Of a stretch of 64,000 nt of DNA, positions 47,501 to 58,545 are shown piece by piece. Made by a program: the position numbers and the translations under genes. How positions within the stretch are numbered: the stretch's first letter is position 1; every line of letters starts with the position of its first letter. The notes beneath the pieces are model-generated. The model was given only the letters and a program-made list of their open reading frames with translations, searched no databases and was not told where the DNA came from. The stretch is from positions 39,324-103,323 of the forward strand of contig CAJXFH010000002.1 of assembly GCA_913052565.1 (NCBI GenBank), in the 5' to 3' direction. This stretch comes from an uncultured Gammaproteobacteria bacterium. Its GTDB lineage: Bacteria > Pseudomonadota > Gammaproteobacteria > Magnimaribacterales > TMED112.

Positions 47501-47581
47501 AACATTCATATATAGCAATGTGCCAGCAATAATAATATTGCCTATTAGACCAAATATAAGGATTTGGGTTCTTACAAGCAT
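44573..47581 (-). CDS. hybrid sensor histidine kinase (TM - periplasmic domain - TM - HAMP - HisKA - HATPase_c - REC - REC)
   Basis: 1002 aa with the H-box MSHELRTPLNAIIGYSE, N-box NFLSNAFKFT, G1 DTGIGM and G2 GGTGLGLSI. Both receivers are complete (LLDVLMPGRDG and VLDLDMPKMDG). The ~310-aa periplasmic region is unclassified. Confidence 0.9.
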   Translation of the reverse strand: MLVRTQILIFGLIGNIIIAGTLLYMNVQNQSIQEKSSNSQYTSIVESAWVQSIDNSFSNMNSWGPNGEKGEQYWNPYVEIGLFTEIGIEGFDYANALIESFDQELRGDLFILVDEMFLDEIDEGNISFIKLFNENNEELTCLYAFDWADVGNSIDVCGDSNDLNFLRDDSTGAFLEKIRSRMSVTNEVIYAQAPNGNINLHQIVAFPIYLKNEFGFNTNKLLGSVILGRDLRQSMTVFESDLGVRTGIVSQNKIIDAVFTDGLSQDDSLGINQVSFNYIKNDILKNGLENMNSKNFEALGLSLTSVPVASTVNPDFALFFVIKNVANDLKELRDSTLNSIIFTFGVIILIVLAIWWVQDGAFSRIAQAIEVLEALTKGDTKKTIPSNKGFLSSETNEVGQLSNALARYRNHLLEMDSVRQDRAERRKQRDEVIIKKMSILSEKLEGEAKTLIQKDVQNMKNLVNEASDEKAEEASVEMMELAFSRMSDEVNALIDLKTKEMATARDEAREASSAKSRFFANMSHELRTPLNAIIGYSEMLLEDCEDLGNDDMVPDLKRITNSSKHLLSLINNVLDLSKIEAGKMDMYFTPFNIDVMIETIKDVSNPLAAKNNNEFIIKNNIGGEMTSDETKLRQCIVNFLSNAFKFTENGQVALVITSKDVDGKEFVNFDIKDTGIGMSEEQLGKLFDTYTQAERSTSAKYGGTGLGLSISKHFAEMMGGGVEVSSKVGEGSTFSIYVPRVSIDEETVEDEDFENPDIKDGDEYILLVDDDKATHDVVKRAIKKEGHTVFSCFDGDEGIEQARKNTPKLILLDVLMPGRDGWSVLKELKKDKKLKDIPVVITSVLNEESLATSLGADDYMKKPIDRTFFLNIVKRYITEKNQKVLIVDDDENTRDLLNKILNNEGYLSIDAKNGEDALERVKEKPDLIVLDLDMPKMDGFEFIERTQEDGIKIPIVVFSGKDITAVEEKMLSKFTEGIVKKESKVQTLVNEVNQILKGEDSK

Positions 47582-47590
47582 TTTGAAAAA

Positions 47591-47962
47591 TTATTCGTCT
47601 GCTAACTTGAATGTGAAACGAGCCGTTACATCATTAACAGTTACAGGAACTCCATTATAGACGTAAGGTTCATAAGCCCACCTTCTAATCGTTCTCATTA
47701 CACTTCTTTCAAAATAACCTGGTTGGTCAGTATCTGTGACATAAGGATCAACAACTTCACCTTCAGGTGAAACATCAAACTCAACTACAACAAATCCCTC
47801 AGTACCACGTCTAAGTGCTGATCTTGGGTAATCTGCAGATGGTGAATATATCCTTTCAACTGAAACTTCTATTACTTCACCGTTAACAGTAATACTACCT
47901 TCATCACTTGCTGGGAAAAGCGCTAGAGAGAATAATAAAAATAAACTTGATAGGTATCTCAT
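47591..47962 (-). CDS. periplasmic TonB C-terminal-domain protein (no TM anchor or Pro-rich linker)
   Basis: It has the signal peptide MRYLSSLFLLFSLALFPA. ADYPRSALRRGTEGFVVVEFDVSPEGEVV matches the TonB_C pattern YP..A...G.EG.V.V.F.V...G.V. The track TTG start at 47980 is an alternative. Confidence 0.75.
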   Translation of the reverse strand: MRYLSSLFLLFSLALFPASDEGSITVNGEVIEVSVERIYSPSADYPRSALRRGTEGFVVVEFDVSPEGEVVDPYVTDTDQPGYFERSVMRTIRRWAYEPYVYNGVPVTVNDVTARFTFKLADE

Positions 47963-48020
47963 GTTTTGAATTATATACAAAAAAGCTTTTATTTAATACA
48001 TGATTTAATATTTCTTAAAA

Positions 48021-50174
<2,154 letters not shown>

Positions 50175-50292
50175 TTAAAACCTACTTAAAGTTTAGATAC
50201 GACTAAAAATTTTTCAATAATTTTCCTTTAAATTCATTAAATATTTAATTGTGAAAATTTGCTTATAATTTTAAATTTTGTAAGTTATCACT

Positions 50293-50778
50293 ATGAAGAT
50301 TGCGATTTATCCTGGATCTTTTGATCCTTTCACAAATGGTCACAAAGACATATTAAATAGAGCTTTAAAAATATTCGATAAAGTATATATTGCGGTTGTA
50401 AAAAACTCCTCAAAAAAATATCTTTTTTCGTTAGATGAAAGAGTCGCAATGATTGATCAATTATTTCATAAGAATGATGCTATCGAATGCATTGGTCTTG
50501 AATCAAAACTTACTGTTGATCTTGCTGATGAGCTGGGCGCAAAGGGAATTATAAGAGGTTTGAGAGCTGTATCTGATTTCGAGTATGAATTTCAGATAGC
50601 AAGTATTAATAGATCACAAAACTCTGAAGTTGAAAGCGTTTTTTTTACTCCTGATGAGAGTCTTACATTTATATCTTCAAGCATGGTTAAAGAATTGGCT
50701 TCATACAATGGAGATATAAGTGCATTTGTAGATGAGAGTGTGGCCGTCGCTTTAATGAAGAAAATATCTAATTCTTAA
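50293..50778 (+). CDS. coaD: phosphopantetheine adenylyltransferase
   Basis: 161 aa with YPGSFDPFTNGH and the ISSSMVKE motif. Confidence 0.93.
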   Translation: MKIAIYPGSFDPFTNGHKDILNRALKIFDKVYIAVVKNSSKKYLFSLDERVAMIDQLFHKNDAIECIGLESKLTVDLADELGAKGIIRGLRAVSDFEYEFQIASINRSQNSEVESVFFTPDESLTFISSSMVKELASYNGDISAFVDESVAVALMKKISNS

Positions 50779-51590
50779 ATCTTTTGACATTTCGGACAGA
50801 AATAAGTACTTCTATTGCTCTGAACAATCCGTTTAATTTTTGTTTTACATTTCTTGCAATTTTGTCCCTCGCAGTCATAAACATTCAATTTTATTTTGAA
50901 ATATCCTGGCTTTGAATCAGCATTATAATAATCATTTAATGTTGTTCCACCAGCCTTAATAGCTCTTTTAAGAATCTTTCTACTATTGGTAAGAATTTTG
51001 CTACATTCAGGTTTTGATATCTTTTTGCCTGTTCTTAAAGGGGAGATACATGAACTAAAAAGTATTTCTGACGCATATATATTCCCAATTCCCGAAATAA
51101 TTTTATGATTAAGTAGAATAGATTTGATGTTAGCTGACGATGTTCTCACCTTATTATAAAAGTACTGGTTAGTAGCTGCATTTTCAAAAGGATCAGGACC
51201 ATTATTATCTAAAAGATAGAAACCATCCCTTTTCTTAAAAATTTGAGCTAAACCAAATCTTCTTACGTCATTGAACACTAAGGAATTACCAGAGCTCAAT
51301 TTAAATATTAAATGATCATGTTTTTGAAAATTCTTTGATTTAGTCACTCTCAAATTGCCAGTCATGCCTAGGTGTATGAGAAGAGAATACCCATTTGAAA
51401 ATTCGATAGTTATGTACTTAGCACGTCTTTGAATCTCTATAATTTTCTTTTTCGTAATGAAGTCTAAAAGGTCAACATTAAAAGGTATTCTAAGTTTATT
51501 ATTTCTGATCTCTATCGATTTAAAATTCTTATCAGTGAGATATGGTTCTATCCCTCTCTTAGTGGTTTCAACTTCAGGTAATTCTGGCAC
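50775..51590 (-). CDS. mutM: formamidopyrimidine-DNA glycosylase
   Basis: 271 aa with the N-terminal MPELPEVET and a C-terminal zinc finger (C..C...C..C). Confidence 0.93.
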   Translation of the reverse strand: MPELPEVETTKRGIEPYLTDKNFKSIEIRNNKLRIPFNVDLLDFITKKKIIEIQRRAKYITIEFSNGYSLLIHLGMTGNLRVTKSKNFQKHDHLIFKLSSGNSLVFNDVRRFGLAQIFKKRDGFYLLDNNGPDPFENAATNQYFYNKVRTSSANIKSILLNHKIISGIGNIYASEILFSSCISPLRTGKKISKPECSKILTNSRKILKRAIKAGGTTLNDYYNADSKPGYFKIKLNVYDCEGQNCKKCKTKIKRIVQSNRSTYFCPKCQKI

Positions 51591-52916
51591 TTATTTAAAT
51601 TGTTTATTAAGCTCAACAACGTCACCGGGCTTCAAATTACCAATGGCTTGCTTATATTGCAGTGAAGTAATTATGAACCCATAAGTTGCTTGTGAAAGTG
51701 CGTTTTTTGATTCTGAGTAATTTTTTTCAGCTTGCAGAAGGTCGATAAGATTTCGGGAACTTAACTCATAGCCTAGTTTAGTTGCCTCTAGTGCATCCTT
51801 CGAACTGTCTACTGCTGCTCGAAGTGAAGATATATTCAACTCAGCTGTTCTGAGAGCTGTATGCAGACTTCGGATTTGTTGAACAATACCTCTTTCGACT
51901 AGGACTAGCTGTTCTTCGGTTTTTACTTCCTGAAGCAAAGCTTGCCTTCGTTGTGAATTATTTAGCCCAGAAGTAAAGAGAGGAACCGAAAATTGAATTG
52001 AAAAAATTCTATTTTCAGTTTCTTCTGGAATTGAAAATGGTAAATCTATGTTTGAATCTACACCATCGAATGTGTATTGTTTGGAAGTCCTTCTATTTGC
52101 ATTTGCATTAAGATCAATCTTGGGTAAAAAGTTGGAAGATTTAGATTTTGTATTTGCATCAGCAGCTTCTAATCTATTTTTAGCTTCTATGATCAAATAA
52201 TTTGTTATTAAACCTTTATTGACTTCGTCTTGCACATTTGTTCTTGGAGCTTTGAAATCTAATTCAGAATTTAAAGGTGTTATTAGTTTAACTTGTCTTC
52301 CAACAATTGAATTTAATTCCTCGAAACTTATATCAACATTTCCTTCAGCTTGAACACGATCAGATTCAGCTCTATTAAGCGCAGCCTTCGCCTCAGCTAA
52401 ATCAATTCTTGATACTGATCCAGACTCAAATCTTTGCTGGACTGAATCGTATTGATTACGAAGAGCCTTTTCTGTAGCTACTTTTGCTTCAAGGGTTGCT
52501 TTCGCAGAGAGGACATTGAAATATGCACCAGTTACCTTAATTATTAAATCTTGTTGTTGGTAAGCAAATCTTGCCTCAGCGGCTTGAAGATTCTCTTTCG
52601 CTTGTTTGTTAGCAAACCATTTGTCTAGCCTAAAGAGAGGTTGACTAAAATTCAGACCATAGGAAAAAGTATTATAGTCATTTTGTAATGACCTATCTTG
52701 ATAGTACTCATTCCAGTTTGTGCCTGCACTTGCCCTTAACTGTGGAAGTAGGTTTGATCTTGATTGTTTTAAAAATTCCTTAGAAATTTCTAGATCAGCT
52801 TTTTTAGAATTAAAATCAGGATCTTTCTCTAGTGCTTCTTTATATATAGATAAAAGATCATTTGAAAAAACTTCAAATGATAATGAAATTAATAATATTT
52901 TGATATAATTTTTCAT
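51591..52916 (-). CDS. tolC: outer membrane efflux channel, TolC family
   Basis: 441 aa with a signal peptide and a duplicated OEP repeat structure, including the typical DLL..Y..A......F motif. Confidence 0.85.
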   Translation of the reverse strand: MKNYIKILLISLSFEVFSNDLLSIYKEALEKDPDFNSKKADLEISKEFLKQSRSNLLPQLRASAGTNWNEYYQDRSLQNDYNTFSYGLNFSQPLFRLDKWFANKQAKENLQAAEARFAYQQQDLIIKVTGAYFNVLSAKATLEAKVATEKALRNQYDSVQQRFESGSVSRIDLAEAKAALNRAESDRVQAEGNVDISFEELNSIVGRQVKLITPLNSELDFKAPRTNVQDEVNKGLITNYLIIEAKNRLEAADANTKSKSSNFLPKIDLNANANRRTSKQYTFDGVDSNIDLPFSIPEETENRIFSIQFSVPLFTSGLNNSQRRQALLQEVKTEEQLVLVERGIVQQIRSLHTALRTAELNISSLRAAVDSSKDALEATKLGYELSSRNLIDLLQAEKNYSESKNALSQATYGFIITSLQYKQAIGNLKPGDVVELNKQFK

Positions 52917-53007
52917 TCTTCTAGTAAGACAGTATTCTGCAATATTAGTGCAATTTAAACAACGATAAATTTTGAGACATAAAAGAATCTAATTCAAAAA
53001 TAAATTT

Positions 53008-53469
53008 ATGATTACGAAAAAAGACAAGAATGACGAACTTGCATTAACCTTGATTCCTAACAAATCATCATCGATAAATGAGAATTTCATTTTTTTTGGA
53101 TTTCTTTCAATTCTCTGTTTGACATTTGGCGTTGGTTTTTTTGTTTTAGGAGCAACAATGATTCTTCCTTTTGCAGGACTAGAAATAATTATATTAATCT
53201 TAGTTTTGAGAGCTAATAGAGTTTGGCTAAATCAAAGCGAAGAAATTCTCTTGAGCAAGCTATATGTAAAGCTAAAAAAAGGAAATAAGCACATGGTTTT
53301 CGACCGTTTTTTAGCAAAATTTTCAATCATTGAAGCAAATAATGTGAAGAAAGTATTCATAAGCACTAATAAAGATAAGGTAGAAATTGGATCTTTTTTG
53401 AATGAAGAAGATAAAGATATGCTTATAGATGAGCTTAAAAAGAAAGTATTAGAGCTAAATGTTTCTTAG
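53008..53469 (+). CDS. DUF2244-like integral membrane protein
   Basis: 153 aa with a two-TM hairpin followed by a soluble domain ending ..KVEIGSFLNEEDKDMLIDELKK. This matches my memory of the DUF2244 pattern (veiG.fL...er..la..L). Confidence 0.55.
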   Translation: MITKKDKNDELALTLIPNKSSSINENFIFFGFLSILCLTFGVGFFVLGATMILPFAGLEIIILILVLRANRVWLNQSEEILLSKLYVKLKKGNKHMVFDRFLAKFSIIEANNVKKVFISTNKDKVEIGSFLNEEDKDMLIDELKKKVLELNVS

Positions 53470-54678
53470 GTGCAAATCCAGCGATTCATACTTAGGTATA
53501 CCATTAATAAATGTAGGATAATTTTCGCCTTCAACTAAAGGAGCCAGGTAGTCTACTCCTTCTTTAGTTATCCTGAAACCGTCTTTGGATATGTAATCAT
53601 CAGGTAGGGTTTTTTCCTTGTTTGCTATCTCTTTTAAATCCCCTATCGATACCTTCCATTCATATGGGTTCTGATTGGTTCTTTCAATTATAGGCATGAT
53701 TCCCGATTTTCCTTCAGCAGCATAATTTACTGCAGCTTTTCCCAGAGCAATTGCCTGATTAATATCAATTTGTGATGCCAAGTGACGAGCACTTCTTTGC
53801 AAGTAGTCAGATACTGCCCAGTGGTGTTTATAACCGAGATTATCAGTTATTAAATTCGCAATTTTAGGTGCTAACCCACCTAACTGACTGTGTCCAAATG
53901 AATCTTTATTTGAAGAAGTTGTATAGAGCTCACCATCAGATGATTTTAAGCCTTCTGATGCAACTATTACTGCATAACCATAATTTTTGACATCTGAATC
54001 AACACCTTTCAAGAAACTTTTTTCATCAAATTTAACTTCTGGTAATAAGATTTTGTGTACATAGGTATTATTTTCGTCATTGGCTAATTCTGCAGATGCT
54101 GCTATCCAGCCAGCATGTCTTCCCATTACCTCTAAAACAAAAACTTTAGTTGACGTTTTGCACATCGATTTTATATCTAGAGATGCTTCTTTCGCCGATG
54201 TTGCAATATACTTTGCAACAGAGCCAAAACCTGGACAGTTATCTGTTTTAACAAGGTCATTATCTATAGTTTTAGGAATAGCAATTGCCTTCAGATCGTA
54301 ACCATATTTTTTAGCTGCTTCAGAAACTTTAAGACAAGTATCAGCAGAATCATTGCCGCCATTATAGAAGAAGTAACCAATGAATAATTTTTCCAATTGT
54401 TGAAATAAACTAGAGTAGAATTTCTCGTCGTCAATTTCAGGAAGTTTATATCTGCAAGAACCAAAAACTCCGCCAGGCGACTCAAGAAGTAACTCAAAAG
54501 GTTTTTGAGTCTTACTTAAATCGTAAACCTCACCTTCAAGCAAGCCAACTATACCGTTCTTACCAGCATATAAGTTTGCTCCAGAAAAACTTTTATTAAA
54601 TTTAGTAATCAATCCATATGCCGAGGAATTAATTACAGAAGTCACACCTCCAGATTGCGCATAGAATGCATTTTTCAT
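53455..54678 (-). CDS. pfp: phosphofructokinase, predicted pyrophosphate-dependent
   Basis: PfkA family. GGNDS replaces GGDGS and PKTIDND replaces GLPGTIDND, which correspond to Asp and Lys at the E. coli 104/124 equivalents used to discriminate PPi from ATP enzymes. I prefer the start at Met8; the track start is 54699. Confidence 0.8.
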   Translation of the reverse strand: MKNAFYAQSGGVTSVINSSAYGLITKFNKSFSGANLYAGKNGIVGLLEGEVYDLSKTQKPFELLLESPGGVFGSCRYKLPEIDDEKFYSSLFQQLEKLFIGYFFYNGGNDSADTCLKVSEAAKKYGYDLKAIAIPKTIDNDLVKTDNCPGFGSVAKYIATSAKEASLDIKSMCKTSTKVFVLEVMGRHAGWIAASAELANDENNTYVHKILLPEVKFDEKSFLKGVDSDVKNYGYAVIVASEGLKSSDGELYTTSSNKDSFGHSQLGGLAPKIANLITDNLGYKHHWAVSDYLQRSARHLASQIDINQAIALGKAAVNYAAEGKSGIMPIIERTNQNPYEWKVSIGDLKEIANKEKTLPDDYISKDGFRITKEGVDYLAPLVEGENYPTFINGIPKYESLDLHLRNI

Positions 54679-54716
54679 CACACTTATCTTATACTCCATT
54701 TAATATAACTAAAAGT

Positions 54717-55955
54717 ATGAAAATATTTTTCTTAGGCATCTCAGGAACATTTATGGGTAATCTTGCCCAAATGGCTTGCCATCTAGGACACGAAGTTTCA
54801 GGCTGTGATGAAAAAGTTTACCCACCGATGTCGCATGCGCTATTAGAAGCAGGTATAGTTTTTTCGGAGGGTTATGTTGAGGAAAATTATCAACCCGCAG
54901 ATTTATACATAATTGGCAATACAATCTCTAAAAATAACCACTTATTACAAAAAATTTTGACTGAAAATAATGAGATTATCTCAGGACCTGACTGGCTTTA
55001 TCATAATGTTCTTAAAGAAAAAGAAGTCATTGCCGTATCGGGCACACATGGCAAAACTACAGTAACTTCCATGATTTCTCATATTTTGGATAAGGCTGGT
55101 TATGCTCCAGGTTATTTAATTGCAGGAGTGCCATTAAATAGTCAAAAATCCTGGTCAATTAGCAAAAGCAACTATTTTGTGATTGAAGCAGATGAATATG
55201 ACACAGCATATTTTGATAAAGGACCTAAATTTTTTCATTACAGACCGAACATTCTTTTAATTAATAATATTGAATTTGATCATGCTGATATTTATGAAAA
55301 TCTTGAGATGATCGAGGATAATTTCATTTCTCTTTTGGAAAAAATGAGTAATAAAGATGTAGCACACATAAATGAATATAAAGTTTCTGCAAGATTTAAG
55401 GATCTGATATTAAAAAGTCAAAAAATTAAGGCAAATATTAAATTTTTTAAAAGCGAAGCGCAGAATATAAATGCTGAGAATTTATGCGCTACAGTTAGCG
55501 TATTAAAACAAATAATTCCAGATGATGATGTTAATAAATTCCTTGGAAGCTATAAGGGCGTCAAAAGAAGATATCAAACCTTGTATGAAGATGATAATTT
55601 CAAATTAATTGATGATTTTGCCCATCATCCAACAGCAATAGCAGAAACACAAAAGATTGCTAAAAATGAGTCATCAAATATAGTTCAGATAATTGAACTT
55701 GGATCAAATTCAATGAGAAGCGGAATACATGATCAAAAACTTAAATCAATTTTTGCGAGCTGTGAGACATACACTATTAATGCCAGTAATGAGCAGAAAG
55801 AAAAATTCAAAGACGTAGCAAAAGAATTGCAACAGGAAGATATCTCTAAGATTTTATCTATTCATGCTGAACGTAAGCTGATACTTATGTGTGGAAACAA
55901 AAATTTTCAAGGTTTTCAAAAACTTATACTTGATATGCTCACTAAAAGTTTATAA
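54717..55955 (+). CDS. mpl: UDP-N-acetylmuramate:L-Ala-gamma-D-Glu-meso-DAP ligase
   Basis: MKIFFLGISGTFMGNLA..GHEVSGCD..VYPPMS parallels the E. coli Mpl N-terminus. GTHGKTT, EADEYD and DDFAHHPTAI are also present. The ATG at 54717 is preferred over the track start. Confidence 0.85.
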   Translation: MKIFFLGISGTFMGNLAQMACHLGHEVSGCDEKVYPPMSHALLEAGIVFSEGYVEENYQPADLYIIGNTISKNNHLLQKILTENNEIISGPDWLYHNVLKEKEVIAVSGTHGKTTVTSMISHILDKAGYAPGYLIAGVPLNSQKSWSISKSNYFVIEADEYDTAYFDKGPKFFHYRPNILLINNIEFDHADIYENLEMIEDNFISLLEKMSNKDVAHINEYKVSARFKDLILKSQKIKANIKFFKSEAQNINAENLCATVSVLKQIIPDDDVNKFLGSYKGVKRRYQTLYEDDNFKLIDDFAHHPTAIAETQKIAKNESSNIVQIIELGSNSMRSGIHDQKLKSIFASCETYTINASNEQKEKFKDVAKELQQEDISKILSIHAERKLILMCGNKNFQGFQKLILDMLTKSL

Positions 55956-55964
55956 TTTCCGTAG

Positions 55965-56309
55965 ATGCCATCTAAAATCAAAACACCTAAAAGCATTGTC
56001 AAAAACTGCAAGAAATCACTAGAAGAGTTAAAGGCACTTGACATATGTTCTTTTGAAGTTGAAAAAATATCTTCTTTCACTTCATTTATTCTTATTGCCT
56101 CAGGAACTTCTAGTCGTCATATTCAGTCTATAGCAGATAAGGTTACAGAAAATCTTAAAGAAGAGAGTATTCAAATATTGGGTACAGAAGGAAAGGATTC
56201 TAAAGATTGGATTCTTATTGATGCTGGCGATGTTTTAGTAAATATTATGTCAGAAGAATCCAGAGAGCATTTTGATTTAGAATCATTATGGAATAGGGAT
56301 AACAAGTGA
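55965..56309 (+). CDS. rsfS: ribosome silencing factor RsfS
   Basis: 114 aa. The key stretch is DWILIDAGDVLVNIM..E.REHFDLESLW, and it lies in rsfS-rlmH-mrdA synteny. Confidence 0.88.
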   Translation: MPSKIKTPKSIVKNCKKSLEELKALDICSFEVEKISSFTSFILIASGTSSRHIQSIADKVTENLKEESIQILGTEGKDSKDWILIDAGDVLVNIMSEESREHFDLESLWNRDNK

Positions 56310-56761
56310 ATATTTCAGTTATCTATATCAAACAAAATAAGTCAAATAATGCGGAAACTTTTGAACAACACTTTCTGAATAAGCTCGAAAAAAATAATTC
56401 AATCAAAATGATACCTATAAGCATTAAAAAAAAATTTAATTCCAGAGCACTGCAAATAGAAGAAGAGGGCAAGGCAATCGAGAAAAAACTTAAGCATAAA
56501 GAAGAACTAATCTGTTTTGACAAATCAGGCGAAACTATGAGTTCAGAAAAATTTTCTAAAATAATTTATCAGGAAGGTAGAAAAATTAATTTGATTATTG
56601 GCGGTGCGTTTGGTCTTTCAGAAGACTTAAAAAAAATGGCTAATAAGGTAATTTCGTTCTCTGATATGGAGTTTTCACATGAAGTTTTTCGTGTAATGTT
56701 GCTTGAACAAATATATAGAGCTAATTGTATCTTCTATAACCACCCATATCATCAAAATTGA
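56306..56761 (+). CDS. rlmH: 23S rRNA (pseudouridine1915-N3)-methyltransferase
   Basis: 151 aa, SPOUT family, with IGGAFGLS and E.YRA..I..NHPYH. The start is GTG. Confidence 0.9.
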   Translation: MNISVIYIKQNKSNNAETFEQHFLNKLEKNNSIKMIPISIKKKFNSRALQIEEEGKAIEKKLKHKEELICFDKSGETMSSEKFSKIIYQEGRKINLIIGGAFGLSEDLKKMANKVISFSDMEFSHEVFRVMLLEQIYRANCIFYNHPYHQN

Positions 56762-58545
56762 AAGACAATAAAATACAAATCTACAGAGACAGAACAAAAA
56801 TTCTTCTGGGCCTATTTATTTCTCTTTTATTTATAGCCCTAACTAGATTCTTTTATCTTCAAATTATTGAGGGGAATGATTTGAGGGAATTAAGAGAACA
56901 AAATATTAATACATTTGAATATATTTACCCCAAAAGAGGAAGAATTCTTTCTAGTGATAATGTTGTTCTAGCAGAAGATAGAAAAATTTTCTCACTTGCA
57001 GTTGATTTAGAGCAGAAACCAAGTGAAGAAGCATTAATCTTGCTGACAAAACTTTTTCCTAAAAGGCTTGATTTAGATGAGCTTAGAAATAAGGTCTCAG
57101 AATCCTTGAGATATAGAAAATCACAAATAATTCTAGAGAAAATTGAACAAGCAGATTTAGCAAAAATTCTTGTGAGAAGCAGGGAGATTCGAGGATTTTC
57201 AATTATAGAAGGGTATGAGAGAGAATATAATTCGCATCCATCTATTTTTCATGTACTCGGACATATGGGCTATATCAACGAACCAGATATAAGCTACTTT
57301 ACACCTAAAATTGAAAACTTTAATCCGAAACTATGGCAAAAGGTTGGTAAATCAGGAATTGAGAGAGTCTATGAGGAAAAACTGCAAGGGAATCATGGAA
57401 AAAGATTTTTTCAGAGAAACGCTCGAGGCGATAGAAGAGTCACTACCAACCTTGCGCCTTTTCAAGAAGGGGATGAGCTAGAAATCTCAATAAATTTTTC
57501 AGCGCAAAAATTAGCTTTTGAGTTAATGCAGGAAAGAAAGGGTTCTGTTGTAGTTATTGATTTAGAAGATTTCAGTATTCCTGTTGCTATAAGCACGCCA
57601 TCTATAAGTGCAAATGATTTGAAAGATATCTCTACTGCCCAATACCAAGATTTATTAAATGATCCTTCAAGACCATTATTTAATCGAGCATTTATGGGCT
57701 TGTACCCTCCAGCATCAACTATTAAACCTTTGTTGACGGTACTTGCACTGAGTAATAAATATACGGATTGGGATGAAACCATATTAGACGACGGATTCTT
57801 TACATTTGAAGAAGAACAAAGAGTTTTCAATGCATGGAGAGAAGGAGGACATGGCATAACTGATTTAAAAAAGGCGCTTGTTGAGAGCTCAAACCCATTC
57901 TTTATGAACCTCTCAATAAGATATGAAAAAGAAGAGTTTGTTAATTTTTTAAGGTCCTCAAGTTTTGGTTCTAAGCTCTGTGAAGATTGTTATCCTCATC
58001 AATTTAGCCCTCTTATAGATGACAGTTGGAAATTTAAAAACTTTGGTAAAGAGTTATTTAAAGGTGATTTTATAAATCTTGGAGTTGGCCAGGGTTATAT
58101 GCTTACTACTCCCTTGCACCTATCTTTAATAGCTGGCATTCTTGCTAAAAAAGGTACTTATCAACTTCCACATATAGTCAAAAAAAATGAGACTATTCTG
58201 AAATTAAATAAAGATTTAAGTGAAGAGGATTGGAGCAAAGTTCATAATGCTTTAGTCGACGTAATCTATTCACCTAACGGAACCGGATATCGTATAAATG
58301 CTGGAGAATTAAATTTAGCCGGAAAAAGTGGTACAGCACAAGTTGTAGATATATCTTCAAGAGAAGAATATGACGAAGTTCGAAAGAATCCATTATTAAG
58401 AGATCATGCAGTTTTCATAGGCTTTGCACCTTATGACAACCCTCGTTATTCGATAGCAGTAATTGTTGAAAATGGTGAAAGTGGGGGTAGAACTGCTGGG
58501 CCAATTGCAAAGAAAGTAATTGAGGAACTTTTAGATGGTTTTTAA
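56758..58545 (+). CDS. mrdA: penicillin-binding protein 2 (elongasome transpeptidase)
   Basis: 595 aa with an N-terminal TM and the motifs SxxK (ASTIKP), SxN (SSN) and KSG (GKSGTAQ). The start is TTG. Confidence 0.92.
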   Translation: MKDNKIQIYRDRTKILLGLFISLLFIALTRFFYLQIIEGNDLRELREQNINTFEYIYPKRGRILSSDNVVLAEDRKIFSLAVDLEQKPSEEALILLTKLFPKRLDLDELRNKVSESLRYRKSQIILEKIEQADLAKILVRSREIRGFSIIEGYEREYNSHPSIFHVLGHMGYINEPDISYFTPKIENFNPKLWQKVGKSGIERVYEEKLQGNHGKRFFQRNARGDRRVTTNLAPFQEGDELEISINFSAQKLAFELMQERKGSVVVIDLEDFSIPVAISTPSISANDLKDISTAQYQDLLNDPSRPLFNRAFMGLYPPASTIKPLLTVLALSNKYTDWDETILDDGFFTFEEEQRVFNAWREGGHGITDLKKALVESSNPFFMNLSIRYEKEEFVNFLRSSSFGSKLCEDCYPHQFSPLIDDSWKFKNFGKELFKGDFINLGVGQGYMLTTPLHLSLIAGILAKKGTYQLPHIVKKNETILKLNKDLSEEDWSKVHNALVDVIYSPNGTGYRINAGELNLAGKSGTAQVVDISSREEYDEVRKNPLLRDHAVFIGFAPYDNPRYSIAVIVENGESGGRTAGPIAKKVIEELLDGF

